DNA from: Lachnospiraceae bacterium | GTDB taxonomy: Bacteria; Bacillota; Clostridia; Lachnospirales; Lachnospiraceae | NCBI GenBank assembly: GCA_024404675.1 | Contig: JAKSPO010000009.1 | Span: forward strand, 16,196 to 80,195 | Length of the DNA stretch: 64,000 nucleotides | Reading direction: 5' to 3' | Shown here: positions 8,788 to 17,839 of the stretch, piece by piece | Numbering within the stretch: the stretch's first letter is position 1 | How the letters are laid out: every line of letters begins with the position of its first letter | Notes under the pieces: generated by a model | Database searches by the model: none | The model's input: only the letters and a program-made list of their open reading frames with translations | Told to the model about the DNA's origin: nothing | Position numbers and translations under genes: made by a program

Positions 8788-10002
8788 ATGAAGAAAACGC
8801 TGATTTTGTGCACGGCGCTTCTGGTGCTTATGTGCGGTATCATCGGTTGCGGCAAGAAGGACAATACGTCGACCGTGACACCGACCGTAGAAGCAACCCC
8901 GACGGCAACCGAGGCACCTACGGCGACCCCTACCCCCAGTCCTGTTCCGACCCCTCCGGAGGTGTATCTTCGTGAGCTTTTTGCGGAGCACGGAATGAAG
9001 GTTGGTACCTGTCTTACCACACAGATGATCAACAATAAGCTGATGAGTGAGCTGATTGTTGAGCAGTACAGCAGTGTTACCATGGAGAACTCCATGAAGC
9101 CTGATTACATCTTCAACAAAGAGAAGAGTATTGAGGCCGGTGACCTGGTTGTAGAATTCAATACCGATATGGTGCAGATGCTTGACTGGGCCAAGGAGAA
9201 CGAGATGGCTGTTCGCGGTCATACACTTGTATGGTACAGCCAGACCCCTGCGTGGATCTTCTATGAGGATTTTGATCAGTCGAAGGAGCTTGTAAGCCGA
9301 GAGGTTATGCTTGCACGTCTTGACAGCTACATGAAGCAGGTATTTTCGATGCTTGAGGAACAGGGATATTCCGATATCATCTATGCTTACGATGTTGTAA
9401 ACGAAGCAATCATGGAGGATGGAAAGCTTCGTATGCAGATGAACAACTGGTATGCTACAATCGGTGATGACTTCATCCTGCAGGCATTTATCACGGCCAA
9501 CCGTTACGCTCCCGAGAACATTGCTCTGTTCTATAACGACTACAATGAGCAGTTCAAGACGCAGGCACTTGTGGACCTTGTGAAGTCCCTTGTGGACGAG
9601 GATGGGAACTCCCTGATTGACGGTATCGGTTTCCAGGCACACCTCTATACAGAGGATAATCTTACGACCTACTTTAAGACTGTTGATGCCCTTGCCGAGC
9701 TTGGCATTACGGTTGAAATCACCGAGCTTGATGTATCTCTTGGTGCATGGCAGCATGAGAAGAGAGCCAATGAGGAGACGCTTGCGGAGCAGGGTCGTTA
9801 TTACTACAACCTGATTAACGGCATTCTTGAGAGAAAGGATTCCGGAAAGCTGAATATCGATGCGCTTACCTTCTGGGGTGTGTCCGACGGACAGTCCTGG
9901 AGAAAGTCGGCAAGCCCGCTTCTTTATAATTCTGCTTTCATGAAGAAGCCCGCCTTCTACGGCGCAGCACAGCTTAAGGATTTCGCAGGCTTTACGGAAT
10001 AA
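8788..10002 (+). CDS. GH10 endo-1,4-beta-xylanase, lipoprotein
   Basis: 404 aa. Lipobox 'LMCGIIGCGKK', Thr/Pro linker, 'YAYDVVNEA' (acid/base region) and 'ITELDVS' (nucleophile region). Confidence 0.88.
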   Translation: MKKTLILCTALLVLMCGIIGCGKKDNTSTVTPTVEATPTATEAPTATPTPSPVPTPPEVYLRELFAEHGMKVGTCLTTQMINNKLMSELIVEQYSSVTMENSMKPDYIFNKEKSIEAGDLVVEFNTDMVQMLDWAKENEMAVRGHTLVWYSQTPAWIFYEDFDQSKELVSREVMLARLDSYMKQVFSMLEEQGYSDIIYAYDVVNEAIMEDGKLRMQMNNWYATIGDDFILQAFITANRYAPENIALFYNDYNEQFKTQALVDLVKSLVDEDGNSLIDGIGFQAHLYTEDNLTTYFKTVDALAELGITVEITELDVSLGAWQHEKRANEETLAEQGRYYYNLINGILERKDSGKLNIDALTFWGVSDGQSWRKSASPLLYNSAFMKKPAFYGAAQLKDFAGFTE

Positions 10003-10057
10003 GCTTGAGGGACTTCGGATTTTCAGGACAATAAATGGCTTAATTAGCATTTCTAAG

Positions 10058-10100
10058 ACGGACCGATGGTTTGGGTGACTGAATCGTTGGTCCGTTTTTT
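10058..10100 (+). terminator. rho-independent terminator
   Basis: ACGGACCGATG (10058-10068) pairs with CGTTGGTCCGT (10085-10095), 11 bp including G-U pairs, followed by T6. Confidence 0.7.
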
Positions 10101-10168
10101 GCTTCCATAGTGCAGATTTTGATGGAAAATAAAACTGCAATTTTACGCACATGACGGCGGGAAGAAAG

Positions 10169-10197
10169 TTGCATTTACAGTCCTTTCATGGTATAAT
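10169..10197 (+). promoter_or_regulatory. sigma-A-type promoter of the tldD-like operon
   Basis: TTGCAT (10169-10174), 17-nt spacer, TATAAT (10192-10197), with TG two nt upstream of the -10. Confidence 0.6.
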
Positions 10198-10226
10198 AGA
10201 TAAAATGCTTTTCGGGGGAGAACGAA

Positions 10227-11573
10227 ATGGAAAGAGAGTATCAATACCCCGTGAATCTGTTCACGGAGGTCAGAATCGAAAATCGCTGGACGGCGGTTTA
10301 TGTTGTGCAGAACGGAGAGGTCATGCGGAACCTTGAGACCGAGACCACCGGTGCAATTGTTCGTGTATATGACGGGCAGATGTGGTACACGAGTGTGACG
10401 AACGCAATGGAGGATATCCAGAAGGAGATTGACGGTCTTGCGGCACTCGCAACACCCAATCCTGAGATCTATGAGCATCCGACGGTGCGCAATTTCGGCG
10501 ATTGCCGGGATACCGTGCTTCGTTATCAGGGGGAGGACAGTTTAAGAAAGGTTTCCGAGGAAGAGCGAGAGAAGCTAGTCTGGGACTATGTTAAGGTTTG
10601 TGAAGACAATCCGATTCCCGAGGTTGCGTCCTATCGTGCTATACTTAATCTCGAGAATCTGAAGAAGGAATACTATTCGAGTAAGGGTGCAGCAATCTGT
10701 CAGGATCAGCAGTCGGCTTTGTTTTTCCATGTGTCCGGCATTCTGATTGACGGTATTACCACCGGAGCGGCTAAGGGCTATTCCGTTACAAGCTTTGCGG
10801 AGCTTAAGGGACATGAAGAGGAGATTTTAGCGGAGCGGGAGCGTTATCTTCGCTACGCTAAGGAGGCTGTCGATGTTAAGCCCGGTGACTACACCTGCGT
10901 ACTCGCACCGAGTGTTACGGCGATGTTTACACACGAGAGCTTCGGTCACAAGAGTGAGTCCGACTTTATGCTGAACGATAAGACCCTTCGCGAGGAGTGG
11001 ATTCTTGGAAAGAAGGTCGGCAGCGAGCTTGTATCCATCAGTGATGACGGCGCCCTTCCGTATAGCGGCTATGTGCCTTATGACGATGAAGGCAACCGTG
11101 CGGTAAGAACGGATCTGATTACGAAGGGTGTTCTGACGGGACGGCTTCACGACAGCCATTCCGCAGCGGTGCTCGGTGAGACGATTACCGGCAATGCAAG
11201 AGCCCAGAGCTATTATTTTTCGCCGGTAGTGCGTATGACCAATACGATTATGGCAGCGGGCGAAAGCGATCCCGAGGATATTATCGCAGGCGTTCAGGAC
11301 GGCGTGTATATCTACGGTGTAAACTACGGAACCGGTTCCGCAACCTTCACGCTTCAGCCGAACTGCTGTTATAGAATTCGCGACGGAAAGCTTTGTGAGC
11401 CGCTTCGCGTCAATGTTGTTACCGGCAGTGTTTTTGAAGCGCTGTTCGATGTGGATGCAGTCGGAAATGACCTTCGGATTATCAACGAGGGCGTGTGTGG
11501 GAAGAACGGTCAGTCCGTGAACGTTTCGATGGGCGGACCGACGATTCGTGTGAAGAAATTATCCGTTAACTAG
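10227..11573 (+). CDS. tldD: TldD-family metallopeptidase
   Basis: 448 aa. HExxxH in 'THESFGHKSE' and C-terminal 'CGKNGQSVNVSMGGPTIRV' are typical of the TldD/PmbA fold. Confidence 0.8.
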   Translation: MEREYQYPVNLFTEVRIENRWTAVYVVQNGEVMRNLETETTGAIVRVYDGQMWYTSVTNAMEDIQKEIDGLAALATPNPEIYEHPTVRNFGDCRDTVLRYQGEDSLRKVSEEEREKLVWDYVKVCEDNPIPEVASYRAILNLENLKKEYYSSKGAAICQDQQSALFFHVSGILIDGITTGAAKGYSVTSFAELKGHEEEILAERERYLRYAKEAVDVKPGDYTCVLAPSVTAMFTHESFGHKSESDFMLNDKTLREEWILGKKVGSELVSISDDGALPYSGYVPYDDEGNRAVRTDLITKGVLTGRLHDSHSAAVLGETITGNARAQSYYFSPVVRMTNTIMAAGESDPEDIIAGVQDGVYIYGVNYGTGSATFTLQPNCCYRIRDGKLCEPLRVNVVTGSVFEALFDVDAVGNDLRIINEGVCGKNGQSVNVSMGGPTIRVKKLSVN

Positions 11574-11581
11574 GGGGAGCC

Positions 11582-12790
11582 ATGAAAGAGAAATATACCT
11601 ATCGATGCGTATCCGCGCAGGTGCGTTTTCAGGAGAACGCCATCGAGACATTTGCCAAGAATACAGAAATATCCTACTCCTTCCGTGTACAAAGGGACGG
11701 CTATCTCGGTGTACACTATCAGGAAGGGGAGATGACGGACGAGGAGGGCTATCGCCTCGCTACCGAGAATCTGAAGCGGAAGCGCCCGTACAAATACGCA
11801 CCGGAGACCGGTGTGCGCGAGCGTGACAAGTCCGAGCAGGAGATGAGCGACAGAGAGCTTCTTGACTTCGGTCGGGAATTGATTACAACACTCCACGAGA
11901 AGTATCCGGACTTTACCTTAAGCGGCAGTCTTCACAGCAGTCGCGAGGAGTCCGGAATGTATAACGACGCCGGGCTTTCCTATCGAAACAGAGATTGCAC
12001 CTACGGCATGGATATCATATTCAAGCATAAGGACAGTAAGGATCTGATGGACGGCTCCTTCTCCTACGGCTTCCGCAGGCTTGAAAAGGAAAAGGCGTAC
12101 AGAACGGCCGAGAATTATCTTTCGGCTTTTGTAAAGAAAGCGGAGCTTCCGGAGGAACTGATTATTCAGATGCCTGTATACGGCTTCATCGGAAAGCTCG
12201 TAAACCAGCTCGAGGGAGAGAATATGGCGCGCGGCACATCGCTTCTTTCCGGCAGAATCGGTGAGAAGGTATTCTCCGAGAAGCTGACGCTTTATAATGA
12301 CCGCTCCGATCTGACGACCTGGGCTACGCCTTTCTTTGACGGCGAGGGTGTTGTGATGGAGGGCGACAGGCAGGTATTTATCGACAAAGGTGTGGTTGTG
12401 CGGGCATATGCCGACAAGGCAACCGCAGAGCGCTACGGCATCGAGCATACTGCAACGGCCGGAAGAGTATTTGCCGATATTCCGACGAACGGGAATTTCT
12501 CCGGATACATCGAGCGTTCCGAGAAGACTACGAAGGAGCTTCTTCAGGGCAGACTTTCCGTTGTGCCGCTTTACTACGATGGCGGCGGCTTTAACGAGAA
12601 GGGTGATTATGTGATGCCTGTGCAGAGAGCATATCTGTGCGACGGTGAGAAGCTGATCGGTATGCTTCCGGAGTTTACGATGACCTCGAACCTGTTTGAC
12701 ATGTTCGGAGATGACTTCATCGGAATCGGAAGCGATGAGCCGGTATATAATGATAAGTGTATCTTAATACGTATGAAATACGGACATTAA
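11582..12790 (+). CDS. pmbA: PmbA/TldE-family partner protein (no HExxxH)
   Basis: 402 aa, starting 9 nt after tldD. TldD/PmbA-like length and C-terminal Gly-rich region. Lacks the metal-binding motif, as expected for the TldE partner. Confidence 0.65.
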   Translation: MKEKYTYRCVSAQVRFQENAIETFAKNTEISYSFRVQRDGYLGVHYQEGEMTDEEGYRLATENLKRKRPYKYAPETGVRERDKSEQEMSDRELLDFGRELITTLHEKYPDFTLSGSLHSSREESGMYNDAGLSYRNRDCTYGMDIIFKHKDSKDLMDGSFSYGFRRLEKEKAYRTAENYLSAFVKKAELPEELIIQMPVYGFIGKLVNQLEGENMARGTSLLSGRIGEKVFSEKLTLYNDRSDLTTWATPFFDGEGVVMEGDRQVFIDKGVVVRAYADKATAERYGIEHTATAGRVFADIPTNGNFSGYIERSEKTTKELLQGRLSVVPLYYDGGGFNEKGDYVMPVQRAYLCDGEKLIGMLPEFTMTSNLFDMFGDDFIGIGSDEPVYNDKCILIRMKYGH

Positions 12791-12801
12791 AGGAGACGAA
12801 G

Positions 12802-13584
12802 ATGAGACGATTTTGGTTAATGGTTGTAGCGCTTCTGCTTCTGTGGATCGATGTCGGATTCGTGACGGATATCAAGTATCCGGAGTATATATTCGACGAG
12901 GACTACGGCAGAGTGACGCAGAGCTTTGTGATGAATGAGGTGGTCGGAGACCATATGCGGATTGATCTGGTTACCGATATCCCGGGGCTTTTGATCCTCG
13001 CGTGGCTTGTGGTTACCGGCGGTCCCGGCGTTCGCCCGCTTGTTATTGAGGAGCAGGACGGTAAGCGAATCTCGCGTCATATCGGCAAGATGACGAAGCT
13101 ATCCAAAACGCATCTCAGGGATTCGATTCTTGGCTTTCTGCTTAGCATCGCGTCGGCCGGCTGCATCGTTGCGATGCGTATCCTGCCGCTTTATACAAAC
13201 GGCGTTCGCTGCTACGGCGCGGAATATATCATTCATCTGGTGGATATCATTCTTCCGCTTCTTGCAGTATATTATGTGATGATCGAATGGATTGAGCGTA
13301 CCGACCTGCGTACGACGCATCGAGAGACTGACGTAGCGGCACTTCTGATGATGGTTTCGCTGTTCGCCGGCTTCTTCTCTCGCTTTGCGAGACTGTACGG
13401 CTTCCATGGTGTTGATCGCTTTTCGTGGTACATCGAGGGCTTTTTGATGCTCATTGCGCTGTATTCGATGTGGGTCAGCCTGAAGGAAAATGCGAGAAAG
13501 CTTCAGCTCGGAGAGCTCGAATCACTCTACGAGAAGCGTAAGAAAAAGGACGATGATTCGAATTACGTTGACTACTATATGTAA
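12802..13584 (+). CDS. hypothetical polytopic membrane protein
   Basis: AAAGGAG lies 7 nt before the ATG at 12802 (MRRFWLMVVALLLLW...). About 260 aa with at least 6 hydrophobic segments and an acidic/basic C-terminal tail. Sits 12 nt downstream of the pmbA-like stop. Confidence 0.6.
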   Translation: MRRFWLMVVALLLLWIDVGFVTDIKYPEYIFDEDYGRVTQSFVMNEVVGDHMRIDLVTDIPGLLILAWLVVTGGPGVRPLVIEEQDGKRISRHIGKMTKLSKTHLRDSILGFLLSIASAGCIVAMRILPLYTNGVRCYGAEYIIHLVDIILPLLAVYYVMIEWIERTDLRTTHRETDVAALLMMVSLFAGFFSRFARLYGFHGVDRFSWYIEGFLMLIALYSMWVSLKENARKLQLGELESLYEKRKKKDDDSNYVDYYM

Positions 13585-13680
13585 AGAAACACATGCCGGC
13601 AGGTGGGGCCATAGCGCTTGTGCTTATATTTGGAACAACACAATCGGGACGTCGTAGGAGGTTTCGGTGTTGCAAGATAG

Positions 13681-13904
13681 AATCATCCTTTTGCTTCGCA
13701 AAAGCATGACAAAGGAATCATCCTTTTGCTATGCAAAAGCATGACAAAGGAATCATCCTTTTGCTACGCAAAAGCATGACGAAGGAATCATCCTTTTGCT
13801 TCGCAAAAGCATGACAAAGGAGCACACGCTGAATGAATACTCGCTCCGCGAGTAAGCGTGTACGTAGGTCATCCTTTTGCTTCGCAAAAGCATGACAAGA
13901 AAGG
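13681..13904 (+). repeat. five copies of a 35-nt hairpin-plus-AAGGA unit (4 tandem, 1 separated by a 48-nt nested palindrome)
   Basis: Copies at 13681-13715, 13716-13750, 13751-13785 and 13786-13820 (AATCATCCTTTTGC-TTC/TAT/TAC-GCAAAAGCATGACAAAGG), and a fifth at 13869-13904. Each holds a 12-bp imperfect inverted repeat TCATCCTTTTGC/GCAAAAGCATGA with a 3-nt loop. 13821-13868 holds nested inverted repeats ACACGCT..TACTCGC-TCC-GCGAGTA-AGCGTGT. Confidence 0.9.
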
Positions 13905-13915
13905 AAGGTACTTGT

Positions 13916-15898
13916 ATGCTGTATTATGTTAATCAGGCAGCTGCCTGTGAGGGGGATGGAAGTAAGAACCGGCCGTTTAAGCGCATCAGTGATGCCGCAA
14001 GAGTTGCAATGCCCGGCGACGAGGTAATCGTTGCAAAGGGTGTATATCGTGAGTACGTGAATCCGTTCCGTGGCGGTACGAAGGATGCAAGAATCGTATA
14101 TCGTTCGGAGGAGCCGCTTGGGGCGGTTGTAACCGGCGCCGAAAAGCTGTCCGGCTGGACACGGTATCAGGATTATGAGAATGTCTGGACCGTCCGTGTG
14201 GACAACGGTATCTTCGGGGATTACAATCCGTACACGACCGAGGTTTACGGCGACTGGTATTTTGCTCCGGCAGTGAGACACACCGGTGCGGTATATCTGA
14301 ACGATGTTATGCTTTACGAGACGGAGTCCTTAGAGGAATGTATCGAGGGAAAGGTCTACACGCCTTCCTGGGACCCGGACAAATCAATCTACAAATGGTA
14401 CACCGAGCAGGATAACGGTGAGACCGTTTTGTACGCGAATTTCCAGGGCTATGACCCGAATAAGGAAAATGTCGAAATCAACGTTCGTCGCCGTTGCTTC
14501 TTCCCGAGCAACACCGGCAGAGGCTACATCACCGTAAGCGGCTTTGTTTTCACAAAGGCTGCAACGACCTGGGCGCCTCCGGCAGCCTTCCAGGACGGCA
14601 TGGTTGGCCCGCACTGGAGCAAGGGCTGGATCATCGAGGATTGTGAGGTTTCCAACAGCAAATGCTGCGGTATCTCCCTCGGTAAGTACTATGACGCAGA
14701 GAATGACCACTACTTCACAAAGAAGCATATGAAGAGCCCCACGCAGATGGAGCGTGATGCCGTATGCCGCGGTCAGTATCATGGCTGGCTGAAGGAGAAG
14801 GTTGGTTCCCACATCGTACGTCGCTGCCACATCCATCATTGTGAGCAGACCGGTATCGTAGGACGTATGGGCGCCGTATTTTCCCTGATTGAAGACAATC
14901 ACATTCACCATATCAACAATATGCAGCAGCTTGGCGGTGCTGAGATTTCCGGTATCAAGCTTCACGCTGCAATCGACGTAGTAATCCGCCGTAACCACAT
15001 CCATCATTCCACGATGGGTATCTGGTGTGACTGGGAGGCACAGGGCACCCGCATCAGCCAGAACCTCCTGCATGACAACTATCGCCCGGATTTCTGCACC
15101 TGGGCCGAGGGCGGTATGGGCAGCCAGGATATCTTCGTTGAGGTTGGTCACGGTCCGACCCTGATCGACAATAACATCATGCTCTCAAAGGCATCGCTGA
15201 TGATTGCTACCGAGAGTGTTGCGATGGTACATAATCTGATTCTTGGTGCATTTCTCAATGTCGGTGCCGGAACCGGAGAACGTTATACGCCTTATCATAT
15301 CCGTCACCGGACAGAGGTTGCGGGCTTTATGACGATTCTTCACGGTGATGACCGCTTCTACAACAACATTTTCGTCCAAAAATGGCCGATCATCGTTGAC
15401 AAGGAGACCGGCGAGAAGAAGGAGAAGGATTCGCTTGTCGGAACCTGGCAGTTTGACGAGTATCCGACCTACGAGGAGTGGATTCCGCACTTTGATCTGG
15501 ATGTTGCAAGACCGGATATGGGCAAGCTTGCACAGTGGCACGAGAGAGAGCATCTTCCGGTTTGGGCCGGCGGCAACGCTTATCTCGGCGGTGCAAAGCA
15601 GTGGAAGAAGGAGACAAACTACTTCTTCGACGATGCGCAGGAGATTCAGGTTGAGCTTGTCGAAAAGGATGGTCAGTACATGCTTGAGACCAACGTTTAC
15701 GACATCATCAAGGACTACACCGCAGGAATTATTACCAGTGATATTCTTGGCAAGGCATTCCAGCCTGAGCAGCGTTTCGAGAATCCGGACGGCTCGGCAA
15801 TTACCTTCGACAGAGATTATTTCGGCGATGCGAGAGGACTTCGTACCGTACCCGGTCCCTTCGTTTCCGCGGACAGCTTAAAAAAGAAGGTCTGGTAA
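13916..15898 (+). CDS. right-handed beta-helix glycoside hydrolase, GH120 beta-xylosidase-like (XylC-like), no signal peptide
   Basis: About 660 aa. RBS AAAGGAAGG before the ATG at 13916; an in-frame ATG also exists at 13892. Motifs 'NPYTTEVYGDWY', 'YANFQGYDPNKENVEINVRR', 'GIKLHAAIDVVIRRNHIHH..GIWCDWEAQGTR' and 'HGDDRFYNNIF' match my recollection of the GH120 family. Family call is from memory, not from a search. Confidence 0.6.
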   Translation: MLYYVNQAAACEGDGSKNRPFKRISDAARVAMPGDEVIVAKGVYREYVNPFRGGTKDARIVYRSEEPLGAVVTGAEKLSGWTRYQDYENVWTVRVDNGIFGDYNPYTTEVYGDWYFAPAVRHTGAVYLNDVMLYETESLEECIEGKVYTPSWDPDKSIYKWYTEQDNGETVLYANFQGYDPNKENVEINVRRRCFFPSNTGRGYITVSGFVFTKAATTWAPPAAFQDGMVGPHWSKGWIIEDCEVSNSKCCGISLGKYYDAENDHYFTKKHMKSPTQMERDAVCRGQYHGWLKEKVGSHIVRRCHIHHCEQTGIVGRMGAVFSLIEDNHIHHINNMQQLGGAEISGIKLHAAIDVVIRRNHIHHSTMGIWCDWEAQGTRISQNLLHDNYRPDFCTWAEGGMGSQDIFVEVGHGPTLIDNNIMLSKASLMIATESVAMVHNLILGAFLNVGAGTGERYTPYHIRHRTEVAGFMTILHGDDRFYNNIFVQKWPIIVDKETGEKKEKDSLVGTWQFDEYPTYEEWIPHFDLDVARPDMGKLAQWHEREHLPVWAGGNAYLGGAKQWKKETNYFFDDAQEIQVELVEKDGQYMLETNVYDIIKDYTAGIITSDILGKAFQPEQRFENPDGSAITFDRDYFGDARGLRTVPGPFVSADSLKKKVW

Positions 15899-16013
15899 TC
15901 AGACCGAGTGATTATAGGGGCGACAGTCATCGTGGCTGCCGCCCGTATATGTTCCGGCGCTTTGAAGGAGCCGGAGCATTTCATTTTTCAGTGTCAGGAA
16001 GGTGGAGAAAAGG

Positions 16014-16739
16014 ATGAGTAAGGTACTGTTTTGCTCGGATATACACGGCAATATGCCTGCGGCGGAAGCGTTGGAAGCAGAAATCGAAAGGCTGAAACCG
16101 GATGATATTTATTTCCTCGGTGATGCGGTCGGCAAAGGACCGGAGAGCCATAAGGCAGTCGACTGGGTGCAAAGAGTGTGCCGGCACGCCATAAAAGGTA
16201 ACTGGGACGATTCCGTATGTAAGAGTATCACGCGGGTAACTTCCATGGATGAGCTATTCTATGCACCGCAGATCGGTCCCGAACGTCTTGCCTGGCTTAA
16301 TAGCCTGGCGCTTGAGGATGAGGTGCTGATCAGCGGAGTGTGGTTTCGACTGGTGCACGGCAGACCGGGCGACAGGTTGTATCAGGCCTACGACAGCTTT
16401 GCCGAGATGGAGGAAGGCTTTGTTTCAAAGGTAAGTAACCGTACCTACGGCGGCTATGTGTGCGGGGACTGCCATATGCCATACGTGCGCGAGAGCAGCA
16501 AAGGATATGTCGTGAATTGCGGAAGCGTCGGCAATAATCTTGGGGTTCCCAAGGTACATGCGGCGCTCATTGAAGGAGAGCTTGGGAGCACGGAACCGGG
16601 GACGATTCGGATTCAGATTCTTAGCATCCCCTACGATAACCGGAGGGCTGCGGCGCTTGCGGACGAGTATCCGGATATGCCAAACATGGAGGCCTACAAG
16701 CATGAGGTCATGACGGGTGAATATGTCAGAAGACAGTGA
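16014..16739 (+). CDS. metallophosphoesterase family protein
   Basis: 'VLFCSDIHGN' and 'YFLGDAVGKGP' motifs. GGTGGAG RBS before the ATG at 16014. Confidence 0.75.
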   Translation: MSKVLFCSDIHGNMPAAEALEAEIERLKPDDIYFLGDAVGKGPESHKAVDWVQRVCRHAIKGNWDDSVCKSITRVTSMDELFYAPQIGPERLAWLNSLALEDEVLISGVWFRLVHGRPGDRLYQAYDSFAEMEEGFVSKVSNRTYGGYVCGDCHMPYVRESSKGYVVNCGSVGNNLGVPKVHAALIEGELGSTEPGTIRIQILSIPYDNRRAAALADEYPDMPNMEAYKHEVMTGEYVRRQ

Positions 16740-16752
16740 AGGAGAGAGAACG

Positions 16753-17778
16753 ATGCTTTGTTTTACAAGTGATTATATTGCGGGAGCGCATCCCGAGGTT
16801 TTGAAACGGCTGAATGAGACCAACCTGGAGACGCTTCCCGGCTACGGAAGCGATCGTTACTGTGACAGTGCGGCCGAGAAGATTCGCGCGGCCTGTGCCT
16901 GCCCCGATGCAGAGGTGTTCTTCTTAGTCGGAGGGACGCAGACGAACCAGATTGTGATCGATACGATGCTTCAGCCCTACGAGGGTGTGATTGCTGCTTC
17001 GACCGGACATGTCAATGTTCATGAGGCCGGCGCAATCGAGTTCAGCGGGCACAAGGTACTCAGTGTGGAAAGCAGAGAAGGAAAGCTCAGTGCTGACTCT
17101 GTGGCAAAGCTTTGTGCGGGCTTCTATGCGGACGGAAGCCACGAGCATATGGTATTTCCGGGAATGGTTTATATCTCGTTTCCGACGGAATACGGTACGC
17201 TTTACAGCCTTTCCGAGCTTGAGGCAATCGCTGCGGTCTGCAGAAGCTATGAAATGCCTCTGTATATTGACGGCGCCCGCCTTGCATATGGTCTTTCGGG
17301 AATGGGCAATGATGTGACGCTTCCCGATATTGCAAGGCTTGCGGATGTGTTCTACATCGGCGGAACCAAATGCGGCGCGCTTTGCGGTGAAGCGGTTGTA
17401 TTTACAAAGCACAACGCACCGAAGCATTTTACTACCCGTATGAAGCAGCACGGCGGTCTCCTGGCAAAGGGAAGAGTGCTTGGAATCCAGTTTGATGCGC
17501 TCTTTTCAAACGGCTTATACGACCAGATCGGCGCGCATGCGCTTACATTGGCAGCACGCTTGAAGGCTATGTTCGCCGCCAAGGGCTATCGGCTTTTCAT
17601 CGATTCACCGACCAATCAGCAGTTTGTTATCCTTTCGAACGACAAGCTTGAGGCGCTTTCTTCGCTTGTGGCCTGTGAGGTGTGGGAGCAGTACGATTCG
17701 GAGCATACGGTTGTGCGCTTTGCGACCTCGTGGTCAACTACGGCGGAGGAGCTTTGCGAGTTAGATAAGCTTCTGTAG
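16753..17778 (+). CDS. low-specificity threonine aldolase / beta-eliminating lyase family PLP enzyme
   Basis: About 341 aa. 'FTSDY..GAHPEVL..L', 'GGTQTNQ' and 'GGTKCGALCGEAVVF' (PLP Lys) motifs. AAGGAGAG RBS. Confidence 0.7.
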   Translation: MLCFTSDYIAGAHPEVLKRLNETNLETLPGYGSDRYCDSAAEKIRAACACPDAEVFFLVGGTQTNQIVIDTMLQPYEGVIAASTGHVNVHEAGAIEFSGHKVLSVESREGKLSADSVAKLCAGFYADGSHEHMVFPGMVYISFPTEYGTLYSLSELEAIAAVCRSYEMPLYIDGARLAYGLSGMGNDVTLPDIARLADVFYIGGTKCGALCGEAVVFTKHNAPKHFTTRMKQHGGLLAKGRVLGIQFDALFSNGLYDQIGAHALTLAARLKAMFAAKGYRLFIDSPTNQQFVILSNDKLEALSSLVACEVWEQYDSEHTVVRFATSWSTTAEELCELDKLL

Positions 17779-17839
17779 GTTATGCCGGCGCGGCTGTTGG
17801 GCTGCAGAGGCGGTCTGCGAGGGGAGATGTGACACGGAT

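Noticed and set aside
12757-12801. Upstream extension of the membrane-protein ORF (MYLNTYEIRTLKETK...).
   Set aside because: It overlaps the pmbA-like 3' end. A strong AAAGGAG RBS precedes the internal ATG at 12802, where the hydrophobic N-terminus begins.
13681-13904. Possible CRISPR array, given the regular ~35-nt repeats with dyad symmetry.
   Set aside because: Four of the repeats abut directly with no spacers, the single interruption is itself a palindrome, and there are no cas genes in the window. It is reported as a tandem repeat instead.
13718-14281. 187-aa minus-strand ORF ending in repeated 'CHAFAKQKDD' segments.
   Set aside because: The repeated peptide is simply the reverse translation of the 35-nt DNA repeats. 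The rest of the ORF is antisense to the well-supported beta-helix CDS.
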